This document shows, piece by piece, positions 42,158-49,861 of a DNA stretch of 64,000 nucleotides. A program made the translations under genes and the position numbers. The notes under the pieces were generated by a model. The model was not told the origin of the DNA and ran no database searches. It was given only the letters and a program-made list of their open reading frames with translations. The stretch spans positions 15,088 to 79,087 of the forward strand of contig CAZSNL010000002.1 in NCBI GenBank assembly GCA_964608275.1, in the 5' to 3' direction. This DNA comes from an uncultured Hyphomicrobiales bacterium. Its GTDB lineage: Bacteria; Pseudomonadota; Alphaproteobacteria; Rhizobiales; CAZSNL01. How positions within the stretch are numbered: the stretch's first letter is position 1; the number at the start of each line of letters is the position of its first letter.

Positions 42158-42631
42158 ATGGCTCAGACCGATATCCTTCGAGAGAACCGGACTCCGGAGC
42201 GGCTCATTCCGCAGCTGTCTCCCCTCTATGACGCACTGACCCCCTACAGTTGGCCGCTCGTCCGGTTCGCCGCCGGCGCCATGCTCATTCCGCACGGCTG
42301 GGACAAGTTCGTCGGTGGGAGCCTCAGTGGCGTGGCCGGCTACATGAGCAGCCTCGGGATCCAGCCGGGCATTTTCTGGGCCACCTACATCGGACTACTG
42401 GAACTCGTTGGTGGCACATTGCTGGTGATCGGGCTCCTCACCCGGTTTGTCGCCATCCAGGTGTTCGGCTTCATGATGGTCGCCGCCTTCTTCGTGCACT
42501 GGTCCAACGGCTTCATGTGGGCCAACGGCGGCTTCGAGTACCCGCTGTTCTGGGGTCTGGTGGCGCTTGCCATCGCCATCCGGGGGGCTGGGCCGCTTTC
42601 GGTTGACGCCGCAATCGGAAAGGAGCTCTGA
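42158..42631 (+). CDS. DoxX-family membrane protein
   Basis: 157 aa with 4 TM segments and DoxX motifs: RFAAGAMLIPHGWDKF and LLELVGGTLLVIGLLTRFVA. An SD-like AGGAG sits upstream of the ATG. Confidence 0.85.
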   Translation: MAQTDILRENRTPERLIPQLSPLYDALTPYSWPLVRFAAGAMLIPHGWDKFVGGSLSGVAGYMSSLGIQPGIFWATYIGLLELVGGTLLVIGLLTRFVAIQVFGFMMVAAFFVHWSNGFMWANGGFEYPLFWGLVALAIAIRGAGPLSVDAAIGKEL

Positions 42632-42640
42632 CCGAACCTC

Positions 42641-43183
42641 TCACCTCTCTTCGGAGGGTTGGGGCGGCGACACGGGCGGTGCCACGTCGAGCAGGGGTGC
42701 GGCGTCGATCCGGTCGCCGCCCATCATGGCGGCAACCGTCTGCAGGGACTCGACGATCCGTTCCTGCCCGGCAACGTCCATCGCTTCGAAAGCGTCGAGA
42801 AACCTACGCTGCAGCAGGGGCGGTGCCTTGCGGAGCGCCTTCTTGCCCGATGCTGTCAGCCGGGAATGCACGATACGGCGGTCGGTTGCGCTGCGGTACC
42901 GCTCCACGAGACCGCGTGCCTCCAGCCGGTCCAGGATCGTCGTTACCGTTGCCTGACTGAGCGTGACCTCCGCCGATAGTCGCGCGGTCGTGACCTCGCC
43001 CAAGGTGCTGATCGCACGCAGCACCATGATTTGTGCCGTCGTGAGACCTGTCTCGCGCTCCAGCTGCTTCGAATGCAGGTCCACCGCCCGGATGATGCGG
43101 CGCAACGCAACCAATACGGCTTCGGATCGTTGTTCCCGCACAGGTCGAGGCTCGGCAATGGGTTTCATCCTTTGATTTGACAT
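42641..43183 (-). CDS. MarR-family transcriptional regulator
   Basis: The winged-helix core is LTTAQIMVLRAISTLGEVTTARLSAEVTLSQATVTTILDRLEARGLVERYRSATDRRIV. The start may be ATG 43183 (MSNQ...) or ATG 43168 (MKP...). It is divergent from asnO. Confidence 0.8.
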   Translation of the reverse strand: MSNQRMKPIAEPRPVREQRSEAVLVALRRIIRAVDLHSKQLERETGLTTAQIMVLRAISTLGEVTTARLSAEVTLSQATVTTILDRLEARGLVERYRSATDRRIVHSRLTASGKKALRKAPPLLQRRFLDAFEAMDVAGQERIVESLQTVAAMMGGDRIDAAPLLDVAPPVSPPQPSEER

Positions 43184-43187
43184 CAAA
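43171..43187. promoter_or_regulatory. inverted repeat TTTGAT-N5-ATCAAA in the AT-rich marR/asnO divergent region (candidate operator)
   Basis: It lies in the most AT-rich stretch of the window (tttgatttgacatcaaaatattcgatctgtaaatactt). It overlaps the upstream candidate marR start codon, so it is a 5' leader/promoter site only if marR starts at 43168. Confidence 0.3.
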
Positions 43188-43290
43188 ATATTCGATCTGT
43201 AAATACTTAACCATGAATTCCCACGCCACCTAGGGAGCACCAAGGGCCTTCCTCGGTGGCGTTGCCATTGCGGGCATCAATGGAGGGTGC

Positions 43291-45060
43291 ATGTGCGGTT
43301 TATGCGGTGAAGTCCGGTTCGACGGCGGTCCCGCCGATGTAGCGTCGATTGCCCGCATGATGCAGACCCTTGAACCGCGAGGGCCCGACGCAGCCGGAGC
43401 GATCGTACAGACGAACGCCGCCCTCGGACATCGCCGCCTGAAGATCATCGACCTTTCCGACCGGTCCCAACAGCCGATGATCGATCCCGACCTTGGTCTT
43501 ACGGTCTCATTCAACGGCTGCATCTACAACTACAGGGAACTGCGACAGGAACTGCAGACACTCGGCTACCGGTTCTTTTCCGACGGTGACACCGAGGTTC
43601 TGCTCAAGGCTTGGCACGCCTGGGGCCAGGAAGCCCCGAAACGCTTCAACGGCATGTTCGCCTTTGCCATCGTGGAGCGCGATTCCGGCCGCCTTGTCCT
43701 CGGTCGCGACCGGCTCGGCATCAAGCCGCTGTACTACGCCGAAACCGAAAGCGGCATCCGGTTCGCGTCCGCTCTTCCGGCATTGATCGCCGCCGGCGCA
43801 AGCAGCGAAATCGACCCGGTCGCCCTGCACTACTACATGACCTTTCACGCCGTGGTGCCGCCGCCCCGAACCATTCTTGCCGGCGTCCGCAAGCTCCCGC
43901 CGGCAACCGTTGCCATCTTCGAGGCGGACGGGGACCGACGAGACCACGTCTACTGGTCACTGTCCTACGATCGCAGCAAGGCGGATCTCGAAGCAGATGC
44001 GGACCGCTGGGAAGCGGAAGTCCATGCGAATCTCGACGCCGCCGTCAGGCGACGCATGATCGCCGACGTGCCGGTCGGTGTTCTCCTGTCGGGTGGTGTC
44101 GATTCGAGCCTCATCGTTGCACTGCTCGCGGGGGCAGGGCAGCGACACCTCAAGACCTTCTCGATCGGCTTCGAGTCCGCGAACGGCGAGCGCGGCGACG
44201 AGTTCACCTATTCCGACATCGTCGCCCGACATTTCGATACCGAGCATCACCAGATCTTCGTCCGATCGCGGCGGCTGATCGATGCGCTCCCGAAAACCGT
44301 CCTCGCGATGTCCGAGCCGATGGTCTCCTACGACAATGTCGGCTTCTTCCTGTTGTCCGAAGAAGTGTCGAAGCACGTCAAGGTGGTCCAGAGCGGCCAG
44401 GGCGCCGACGAGATCTTCGGCGGCTATCACTGGTATCCGCCGCTGATGGACTCAAACGACCCGGCCGCCGACTACGCCCGTGTCTTCTTCGACCGCGACC
44501 ACGAAGAATACGGCGAGGCCGTGAACGACAGGCTGGTGACGAAGGACCACAGCACGGCCTTCGTCATGGAGCATTTTGCCATGCCCGGCGCAGATCGTGC
44601 TGTCGACAAGGCCCTGCGGATCGATTCCACAGTCATGCTGGTGGATGACCCGGTCAAACGGGTGGACAACATGACCATGGCCTGGGGCCTGGAGGCACGC
44701 GTGCCGTTTCTCGATCACGAACTTGTCGAACTGGCCGCGCGCATCCCACCGGAGCACAAGCTGCGAAACGGCGGCAAAGGCGTACTCAAGGACGTCGCCC
44801 GCAAGATGGTGCCGGAGGCGGTGATCGACCGCCCCAAGGGCTATTTCCCGGTGCCCGCGCTCAAACACATCCAGGGCCCCTATCTCGATATCGTACGCGA
44901 TCTGCTGACGAGCCGGCGCGCGCGGGAACGGGGGCTGTTCAAACCCGAGTACGTGGCGAGGCTGATCGACGAGCCCACGGAGAATTTCACGCCGCTTAGA
45001 GGCTCCAAGTTATGGCAGGTCGCCCTGCTCGAGTTCTGGTTGCAGGAGCACGGTATCTGA
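43291..45060 (+). CDS. asnO: N-acetylglutaminylglutamine amidotransferase (asparagine synthetase family, class II Gln amidotransferase)
   Basis: The N-terminal nucleophile is MCGLCG. The AsnB-type synthetase PP-loop is VGVLLSGGVDSS. It is the first gene of the conserved amidotransferase/GNAT-ATP-grasp/M42 trio. Confidence 0.85.
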   Translation: MCGLCGEVRFDGGPADVASIARMMQTLEPRGPDAAGAIVQTNAALGHRRLKIIDLSDRSQQPMIDPDLGLTVSFNGCIYNYRELRQELQTLGYRFFSDGDTEVLLKAWHAWGQEAPKRFNGMFAFAIVERDSGRLVLGRDRLGIKPLYYAETESGIRFASALPALIAAGASSEIDPVALHYYMTFHAVVPPPRTILAGVRKLPPATVAIFEADGDRRDHVYWSLSYDRSKADLEADADRWEAEVHANLDAAVRRRMIADVPVGVLLSGGVDSSLIVALLAGAGQRHLKTFSIGFESANGERGDEFTYSDIVARHFDTEHHQIFVRSRRLIDALPKTVLAMSEPMVSYDNVGFFLLSEEVSKHVKVVQSGQGADEIFGGYHWYPPLMDSNDPAADYARVFFDRDHEEYGEAVNDRLVTKDHSTAFVMEHFAMPGADRAVDKALRIDSTVMLVDDPVKRVDNMTMAWGLEARVPFLDHELVELAARIPPEHKLRNGGKGVLKDVARKMVPEAVIDRPKGYFPVPALKHIQGPYLDIVRDLLTSRRARERGLFKPEYVARLIDEPTENFTPLRGSKLWQVALLEFWLQEHGI

Positions 45061-45062
45061 CG

Positions 45063-46826
45063 ATGGCGCTACCCAAGGACAAGCAAACCGACACCGTCTT
45101 CGGCGACATCGAGGGCCTCAGTTCGCTGAAGCACTGGGGCGAACCGCCAACAGAACCGCCGCACCCAGCCGTGTGGGTCGACTGTGGATGGGGAAGGCTC
45201 CTGTTCGGCCAGACGTTCCTGAGCGCCGCCGCGCTGGCCGAAGCCCTCCTTAAGGAACGGGAAAACGAGCGCGACATTGCCTTCTACGTACGCGAACCGC
45301 ACGTCGTCCTGGCGCAGGCTCCCCAGGCACTGTTCCTCGATCCCTCGAACACCTTCAGGCTCGAACTCAAATCGAAAGACACCGACACGTCAGCAGGCGA
45401 CATCGAGGTGGTCGAGGCTGTCGAGGGAGACGAAGCCGAGATCAACCGACTTTACGCGTCCCGGGGAATGGTGCCGCTGCGGCAAGGCTATCTGGTCGAA
45501 CAGCCGGAGCGGGATGCTGTCAGCGTTCTGGTCGTACGCGACGAGACCCGCCGGAACGGCCTTGAAGGCGTGGTGATGGGAGTCGACCACCTTCGTGCCT
45601 TCGATGATCCCGACAACGGTGCAAGTCTGTGGGCGCTCGCCGTCGATCCGCAAGCCCGACGCCCGGGCATCGGACAGGCATTGGTGATCGCTCTCGCCGA
45701 CCGCTTCGCCGAGCGCGGTCGCAGCTTCATGGACCTGTCGGTAATGCACAACAACGAACAGGCCATTGCGCTGTACGACAAGCTCGGTTTCAGGCAGGTA
45801 CCGGTCTACTGCGTCAAGACCCGCACCACCATCAACCAGAACCTGTTCATCGGCCCGCCTCCCGAAGAACGCCTCAACATCTATGCCAAGCTTATCGTCG
45901 ACGAGGCGCGACGGCGCGGAATATCGGTGGAGATCGACGATGCGGAAGCGGGGATGTTCACGCTTAGCCACGGCGCACGTTCGGTGAGCTGTCGCGAGTC
46001 CCTCAGCGATCGCACCACGGCGATAGCGATGAGCCGCTGTGACGACAAGGCACTTACGCGACGCATCCTTGAACGCGCGGGCCTGCGCGTGACAGAGCAG
46101 GCAGATATCGCCGACGAGGAGGAGGCAGTGACATTCCTCGAAAAGCACAAGCGAATTGTCGTCAAGCCCGCCCGCGGCGAGCAGGGTCACGGCGTCCGGG
46201 TCGACCTTACCGCGCCCGACGCCGTACGTGCGGCCTACCGGGCAGCCGCCGCCATCTGCGATCGCGTCATTGCAGAGAAGTTCGTCGCCGGCGAGGACCT
46301 GCGGGTCATTGTCATCGATGGCGAGGTGGTGGCCGCGGCCGTACGGCGCCCGGCAGCGGTAATGGGCGACGGTACACATGCCATCATCGAGCTGATCGAC
46401 AAGCAGAGCCGGCGTCGGGCGGCGGCGACCGGCGGCGAAAGTCGGATTCCCCTCGATACGGAAACCGAGCGCTGCGTGCGGGCGTCGGGGCACAACATGA
46501 CCGATGTTCTCCCCTGCGGCGAGACGCTGCGGGTACGGAAGACGGCCAACCTGCACACCGGTGGCACCATCCACGATGTGACTGACGATCTGCACCCTGA
46601 GCTGGCAGCCGCGTGCCTTGCCGCTGCGGACGCTCTGGACATTCCGGTGGTCGGACTGGACCTTATCGTCGAGGCGGTCAACCGCCCGGATTACACCTTG
46701 ATCGAGGCCAATGAACGTCCGGGCCTCGCCAACCACGAGCCGCGACCGACGGCGGAACGATTCGTGGACTTCCTGTTCCCCGAGACAAGGGCCGACCTCC
46801 TGCCGGGAAGGGTGTCCAGACGATGA
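45063..46826 (+). CDS. ngg: N-acetylglutaminylglutamine synthetase (GNAT acetyltransferase + ATP-grasp ligase fusion)
   Basis: The GNAT block is LWALAVDPQARRPGIGQALVIALADRFAERGRSFMDLSVMHNNEQAIALYDKLGF. An ATP-grasp half follows (DKALTRRILERAGLRV..., VVKPARGEQGHGVRVDL, NLHTGGTIHDVT, EANERPGL). Confidence 0.85.
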   Translation: MALPKDKQTDTVFGDIEGLSSLKHWGEPPTEPPHPAVWVDCGWGRLLFGQTFLSAAALAEALLKERENERDIAFYVREPHVVLAQAPQALFLDPSNTFRLELKSKDTDTSAGDIEVVEAVEGDEAEINRLYASRGMVPLRQGYLVEQPERDAVSVLVVRDETRRNGLEGVVMGVDHLRAFDDPDNGASLWALAVDPQARRPGIGQALVIALADRFAERGRSFMDLSVMHNNEQAIALYDKLGFRQVPVYCVKTRTTINQNLFIGPPPEERLNIYAKLIVDEARRRGISVEIDDAEAGMFTLSHGARSVSCRESLSDRTTAIAMSRCDDKALTRRILERAGLRVTEQADIADEEEAVTFLEKHKRIVVKPARGEQGHGVRVDLTAPDAVRAAYRAAAAICDRVIAEKFVAGEDLRVIVIDGEVVAAAVRRPAAVMGDGTHAIIELIDKQSRRRAAATGGESRIPLDTETERCVRASGHNMTDVLPCGETLRVRKTANLHTGGTIHDVTDDLHPELAAACLAAADALDIPVVGLDLIVEAVNRPDYTLIEANERPGLANHEPRPTAERFVDFLFPETRADLLPGRVSRR

Positions 46827-47971
46827 AGAAGGTGGCGATCGATCGCGAGTACCTTCTAGAGACGCTCCGCCAACTCCTGGACATTCCGAGCCCCACAGGC
46901 ATGACCGATGCCGCGGTGGCATATGTATCGAAGGAACTGGAACGTCTCGGCATCGAACACGAGTTCACCCGCAGGGGCGCAATCCGCGCCGATCTGAAAG
47001 GCGAACGAGGCAGCCCCGATCGGGCGATCGTCGCCCACCTCGATACGCTCGGCGCCATGGTCAAGGGCATACGCGACACCGGCCGGCTGGAGGTGGTGCC
47101 AATCGGCAACTGGTCTGCCCGGTTTGCCGAAGGCGCCCGCTGTACCGTCTTCAGCGATGGCGGCAAACGGTTTCGTGGCAGCATTCTGCCCTTGAAGGCC
47201 TCGGGACACACCTTTGGCTCGGAAGTCGACACGCAGCCCGCCTCCTGGGGTAATCTGGAGCTGCGGCTGGACGAGCGTGTCCAGAGCGACGACGATACCG
47301 GCGCCCTTGGCGTCAATGTAGGCGATACGATCGCCATTGATCCCGGTACCGAGGTGCTTGACAACGGGTTCATCTGTTCCCGGCATCTGGACGACAAGGC
47401 TGGGGTTGCGGTCGTTCTTGCAGCGGCAAAGGCTGTCCAAGAAAGCGCCGTCAAGCTGCCGATGGATTGCCATCTCCTGTTCACAATCTCGGAAGAGGTC
47501 GGCGTTGGCGCCTCACATGTCCTGCATGGCGACGTTGCCGAACTGGTTGCCGTCGACAACGGGACACTGGCGCCGGGGCAGAACACCAGCGAGTACGGCG
47601 TGACCATCGCCATGCAGGATTCCAGCGGGCCGTTCGACTGGCACCTCACGCACAGCCTGATCAGCCTCTGCCAGTCACACGGCATTGCTCATGAGCGAGA
47701 CGTGTTTCGCTACTACCGGAGCGATGGCGCAGCCGCCCTCGAAGCCGGCAATGACATCCGTGCAGCCCTGGTGTGCTTCGGGCTGGACAGTTCCCATGGC
47801 TGGGAGCGCACCCACATCGACTCTCTCTGTGCACTGAGCCGGCTTCTGGTCGCATACATGCGTTCGAAACCGCTGTTCGAGCGCGATGTCGAGGCACTCG
47901 GACCGGTGGGCGACCTCCCGCCATCGGAAGAGGCGCCGATGTCGGACGACTCGTCAGCCCCTGAACGGTAG
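46823..47971 (+). CDS. NAGGN-system M42-family peptidase/hydrolase
   Basis: The start overlaps the ngg stop by 4 nt. M42 features are present: LLDIPSPTGMT, AIVAHLDTLGAMV, SRHLDDKAGVAV, FTISEEVG. It is the third member of the trio. Confidence 0.85.
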   Translation: MKKVAIDREYLLETLRQLLDIPSPTGMTDAAVAYVSKELERLGIEHEFTRRGAIRADLKGERGSPDRAIVAHLDTLGAMVKGIRDTGRLEVVPIGNWSARFAEGARCTVFSDGGKRFRGSILPLKASGHTFGSEVDTQPASWGNLELRLDERVQSDDDTGALGVNVGDTIAIDPGTEVLDNGFICSRHLDDKAGVAVVLAAAKAVQESAVKLPMDCHLLFTISEEVGVGASHVLHGDVAELVAVDNGTLAPGQNTSEYGVTIAMQDSSGPFDWHLTHSLISLCQSHGIAHERDVFRYYRSDGAAALEAGNDIRAALVCFGLDSSHGWERTHIDSLCALSRLLVAYMRSKPLFERDVEALGPVGDLPPSEEAPMSDDSSAPER

Positions 47972-48436
47972 ATCCCGGCTACCGGCATTCTTGTGCCTGC
48001 CCGTATCCTTGGGCGGCAGTGGGTGCACCGGTTCGGGATAGAACACCCATTCGCCTTCGGCACTGTTCGTCGGTGTCTCCCGTTTCATGCGAAGTCCGCG
48101 CTCTTCCTGCTCGGCCTGCTGCGCCGCCTCGTGCAGCTGCCGCGCCTGATCCATCGTCCATGGCAGCTGGTAGGCAACAGGCTGCTCGCGCTGTACCCAT
48201 AGATATATCGCACGCCCCTCATCGAGCTCGTAGGCGAGTACCTGCAGATCGTCCCATGACGCGAGCATCTCGTGCGTGGCGGGCCTCGGCGTACCCATCA
48301 ACGCGACTCCGGCAGCCCAGGCGCCTATACCGAACAGTGCGACGAGGACAGGCGCATCCCACGCATTCAACCGCCACCAGAGGTAGACACCAATCACCAC
48401 CAGCGTCAAAGCCACGACCGATGAAAGCAGCATCAT
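47954..48436 (-). CDS. hypothetical membrane protein (2 TM + soluble helical/Pro-rich tail), third gene of the TolQ/TolR-like operon
   Basis: ATG 48436 overlaps the upstream stop (ATGA). The TM segments are LLSSVVALTLVVIGVYLWW and VLVALFGIGAWAAGVALMG. A soluble region follows, with QARQLHEAAQQAEQEERGL and YPEPVHPLPPKD. The 3' end overlaps the convergent M42 gene by 18 nt. Confidence 0.55.
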   Translation of the reverse strand: MMLLSSVVALTLVVIGVYLWWRLNAWDAPVLVALFGIGAWAAGVALMGTPRPATHEMLASWDDLQVLAYELDEGRAIYLWVQREQPVAYQLPWTMDQARQLHEAAQQAEQEERGLRMKRETPTNSAEGEWVFYPEPVHPLPPKDTGRHKNAGSRDLPFRG

Positions 48437-49020
48437 GACTGTGAATGCCTCAGGCTGACAGGAACGGTATGCTTGGAGCCGGGAACTAGCTTCCCGTTGC
48501 GGAGCGCGAAGCGAATGACGGTGATCTCGTCACCGATGCGGGCGATATCGGTGCGGCCCTGATAAATGATCGTCGCATCATTGGGACTTTCGCCACGCGC
48601 GGTCACCTGCACATCGACGGGCACCGCGAGCTCGCAACCGCCGCGGTGGGTATAGAGGTGGAGATTGACGATGTACTCACCGTCGGGGAGGCCGCGGGTA
48701 TAGGCGTTCTCGTAGTTCAGATCGGAAAGATCCCCCTGGTGACCGAGGTCGTCACGCAGGAGATTGAACAACATGTCGGATTGATTGGAGTAGCCCACGG
48801 CCCGTCCCACCGGACCTTGAACCCAGAGGTCGACATCGGTGTGGCATTCGGGCGGCCATATCGTTTCGACGACCAGCGATCCCGGCGGGCGAAGTTGTTC
48901 CGCGGCCTTGGGCGGGTTGACCAGCGGCAACAGGACGACCACCAGGATCAGCAGGATGTCCAGAAACGTGATCTGCCAACTGTCCCGGTCTACGCCAGGT
49001 GGCGTGTCAGGCGCAGCCAT
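48433..49020 (-). CDS. TolR/ExbD/MotB-type single-pass anchor (Asp in TM) fused to a non-canonical beta-rich periplasmic domain
   Basis: Start ATG 49020 follows GGGGG and gives 195 aa. The TM segment WQITFLDILLILVVVLLPLV resembles the ExbD/TolR helix (xxLLDVxLVLLIFF) with its conserved Asp. The remainder (TDVDLWVQGPVGRAVGYSN...NYENAYTRGLPDGEYIVNLHLY) is not ExbD- or OmpA-like. The longer tracked ORF (to 49188) would run antisense-frame through the upstream gene. Confidence 0.55.
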   Translation of the reverse strand: MAAPDTPPGVDRDSWQITFLDILLILVVVLLPLVNPPKAAEQLRPPGSLVVETIWPPECHTDVDLWVQGPVGRAVGYSNQSDMLFNLLRDDLGHQGDLSDLNYENAYTRGLPDGEYIVNLHLYTHRGGCELAVPVDVQVTARGESPNDATIIYQGRTDIARIGDEITVIRFALRNGKLVPGSKHTVPVSLRHSQS

Positions 49021-49352
49021 TCGGCCCCCAATAGTCCGGCTATGGTGGTGTTGAACGCGGTGGCCATCCCCCCCAGTATGAGGTTGAAATCGCCGCCGGA
49101 ATTCGCTGCCACGATGGCGAGGCCGACGACAGTGCCAAACAGGCCGTAGCGCGGCAGGCCCGAAATCAGAAACTCCGTAACCCGCCATCTACCGACGGCC
49201 GCCGCCAAGAGTCCCACACCGGCCAGTGCGGCGATGAAGGCGGTCAACCGCGTCAGATCGTTTTCATAGAGGTACTGCGGCCAGCCGAGCCACCATGCGG
49301 CGATGAAGAGGCCGACGCCCACGACTTGCAAAATCAGGAACCTGGGGCTCAT
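48990..49352 (-). CDS. minimal MotA/TolQ/ExbB-family proton-channel protein (120 aa)
   Basis: It has four hydrophobic segments. The last two carry the family signature: YGLFGTVVGL (compare TolQ GLFGTVWG) and GGMATAFNTTIAGLLGA (compare GIAEALIATAIGL), including the conserved Thr positions. Confidence 0.7.
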   Translation of the reverse strand: MSPRFLILQVVGVGLFIAAWWLGWPQYLYENDLTRLTAFIAALAGVGLLAAAVGRWRVTEFLISGLPRYGLFGTVVGLAIVAANSGGDFNLILGGMATAFNTTIAGLLGAEWLRLTRHLA

Positions 49353-49621
49353 GTCCGACTACCACTTTGGATCATGCTCGCCGTTCCGAACGCCGCATCG
49401 TCACGAATTGTTCCCCTGTGACCCGCCACAGGGCTGGAGCAAAACGATGGAATGAGAGCCCCCGGAGAAAGGGTGTAACGCGGCAATGCCCTGCCGACAT
49501 GAACGACTGACCATTGTGGAACTTCACGCCCCGCCTATATCGGTCAGACCGGCACCTCGCTTGAAATGCGGGGGGCATTTGGCGTAGGGTCTGCCGCAGC
49601 CGAATGGCACCGGGTTGTCGT

Positions 49622-49698
49622 GCAGCTGTAGCTCAGTTGGTTAGAGCGCCTGATTGTGGATCAGGAGGTCGCTGGTTCGAATCCAGCCAGCTGTACCA
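49622..49698 (+). tRNA. tRNA-His (anticodon GTG), no encoded G-1, G1:U72, A73, encoded CCA
   Basis: The cloverleaf was folded by hand. Acceptor is GCAGCTG/CAGCTGT, D arm GCTC-AGTTGGTTA-GAGC, and anticodon arm CCTGA-TTGTGGA-TCAGG. The variable region is AGGTC, the T arm is GCTGG-TTCGAAT-CCAGC, and the 3' end is A-CCA. Total length is 77 nt. Confidence 0.93.
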
Positions 49699-49861
49699 AT
49701 AAAATCAATTTGCTGCGGGCGGCAGGCGCATGCCAGGCCCATTTCCCTGTGACCGTCGGCGAACATGATGGGGCCGATCGGTCCATCCCCCGCAGTTCAC
49801 TTCCCGCCGGTCACGAACCGACCGACAATTTAATCGGTTGAGGGTGTCAACGTCTGTCGGA

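Noticed and set aside
43171-43187. Possible FNR/CRP-type box (TTGAT...ATCAA) upstream of asnO.
   Set aside because: The spacer between the half-sites is 5 nt, not the canonical 4. A MarR operator is the more economical interpretation, so this is kept only as a low-confidence regulatory feature.
40826-46922. Minus-strand ORFs of 489 aa (40826-42295) and 510 aa (45390-46922).
   Set aside because: They run antisense to the RND2/DoxX and ngg genes respectively. Their sequences are not gene-like.
49372-49578. A 68-aa ORF in the intergenic region upstream of the TolQ-like gene, and a CCCTGTG-N6-CACAGGG hairpin at 49414-49433.
   Set aside because: The ORF has poor coding bias, no SD and an odd composition. 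The hairpin is short, lacks a U-tract and has no obvious role.
49353-49861. Genomic island or integrative element at tRNA-His.
   Set aside because: There is no integrase, excisionase or transposase ORF on either side, and I could not see a repeat of the tRNA 3' end. Only a mild codon-usage shift in the adjacent three genes remains, and that is reported separately.
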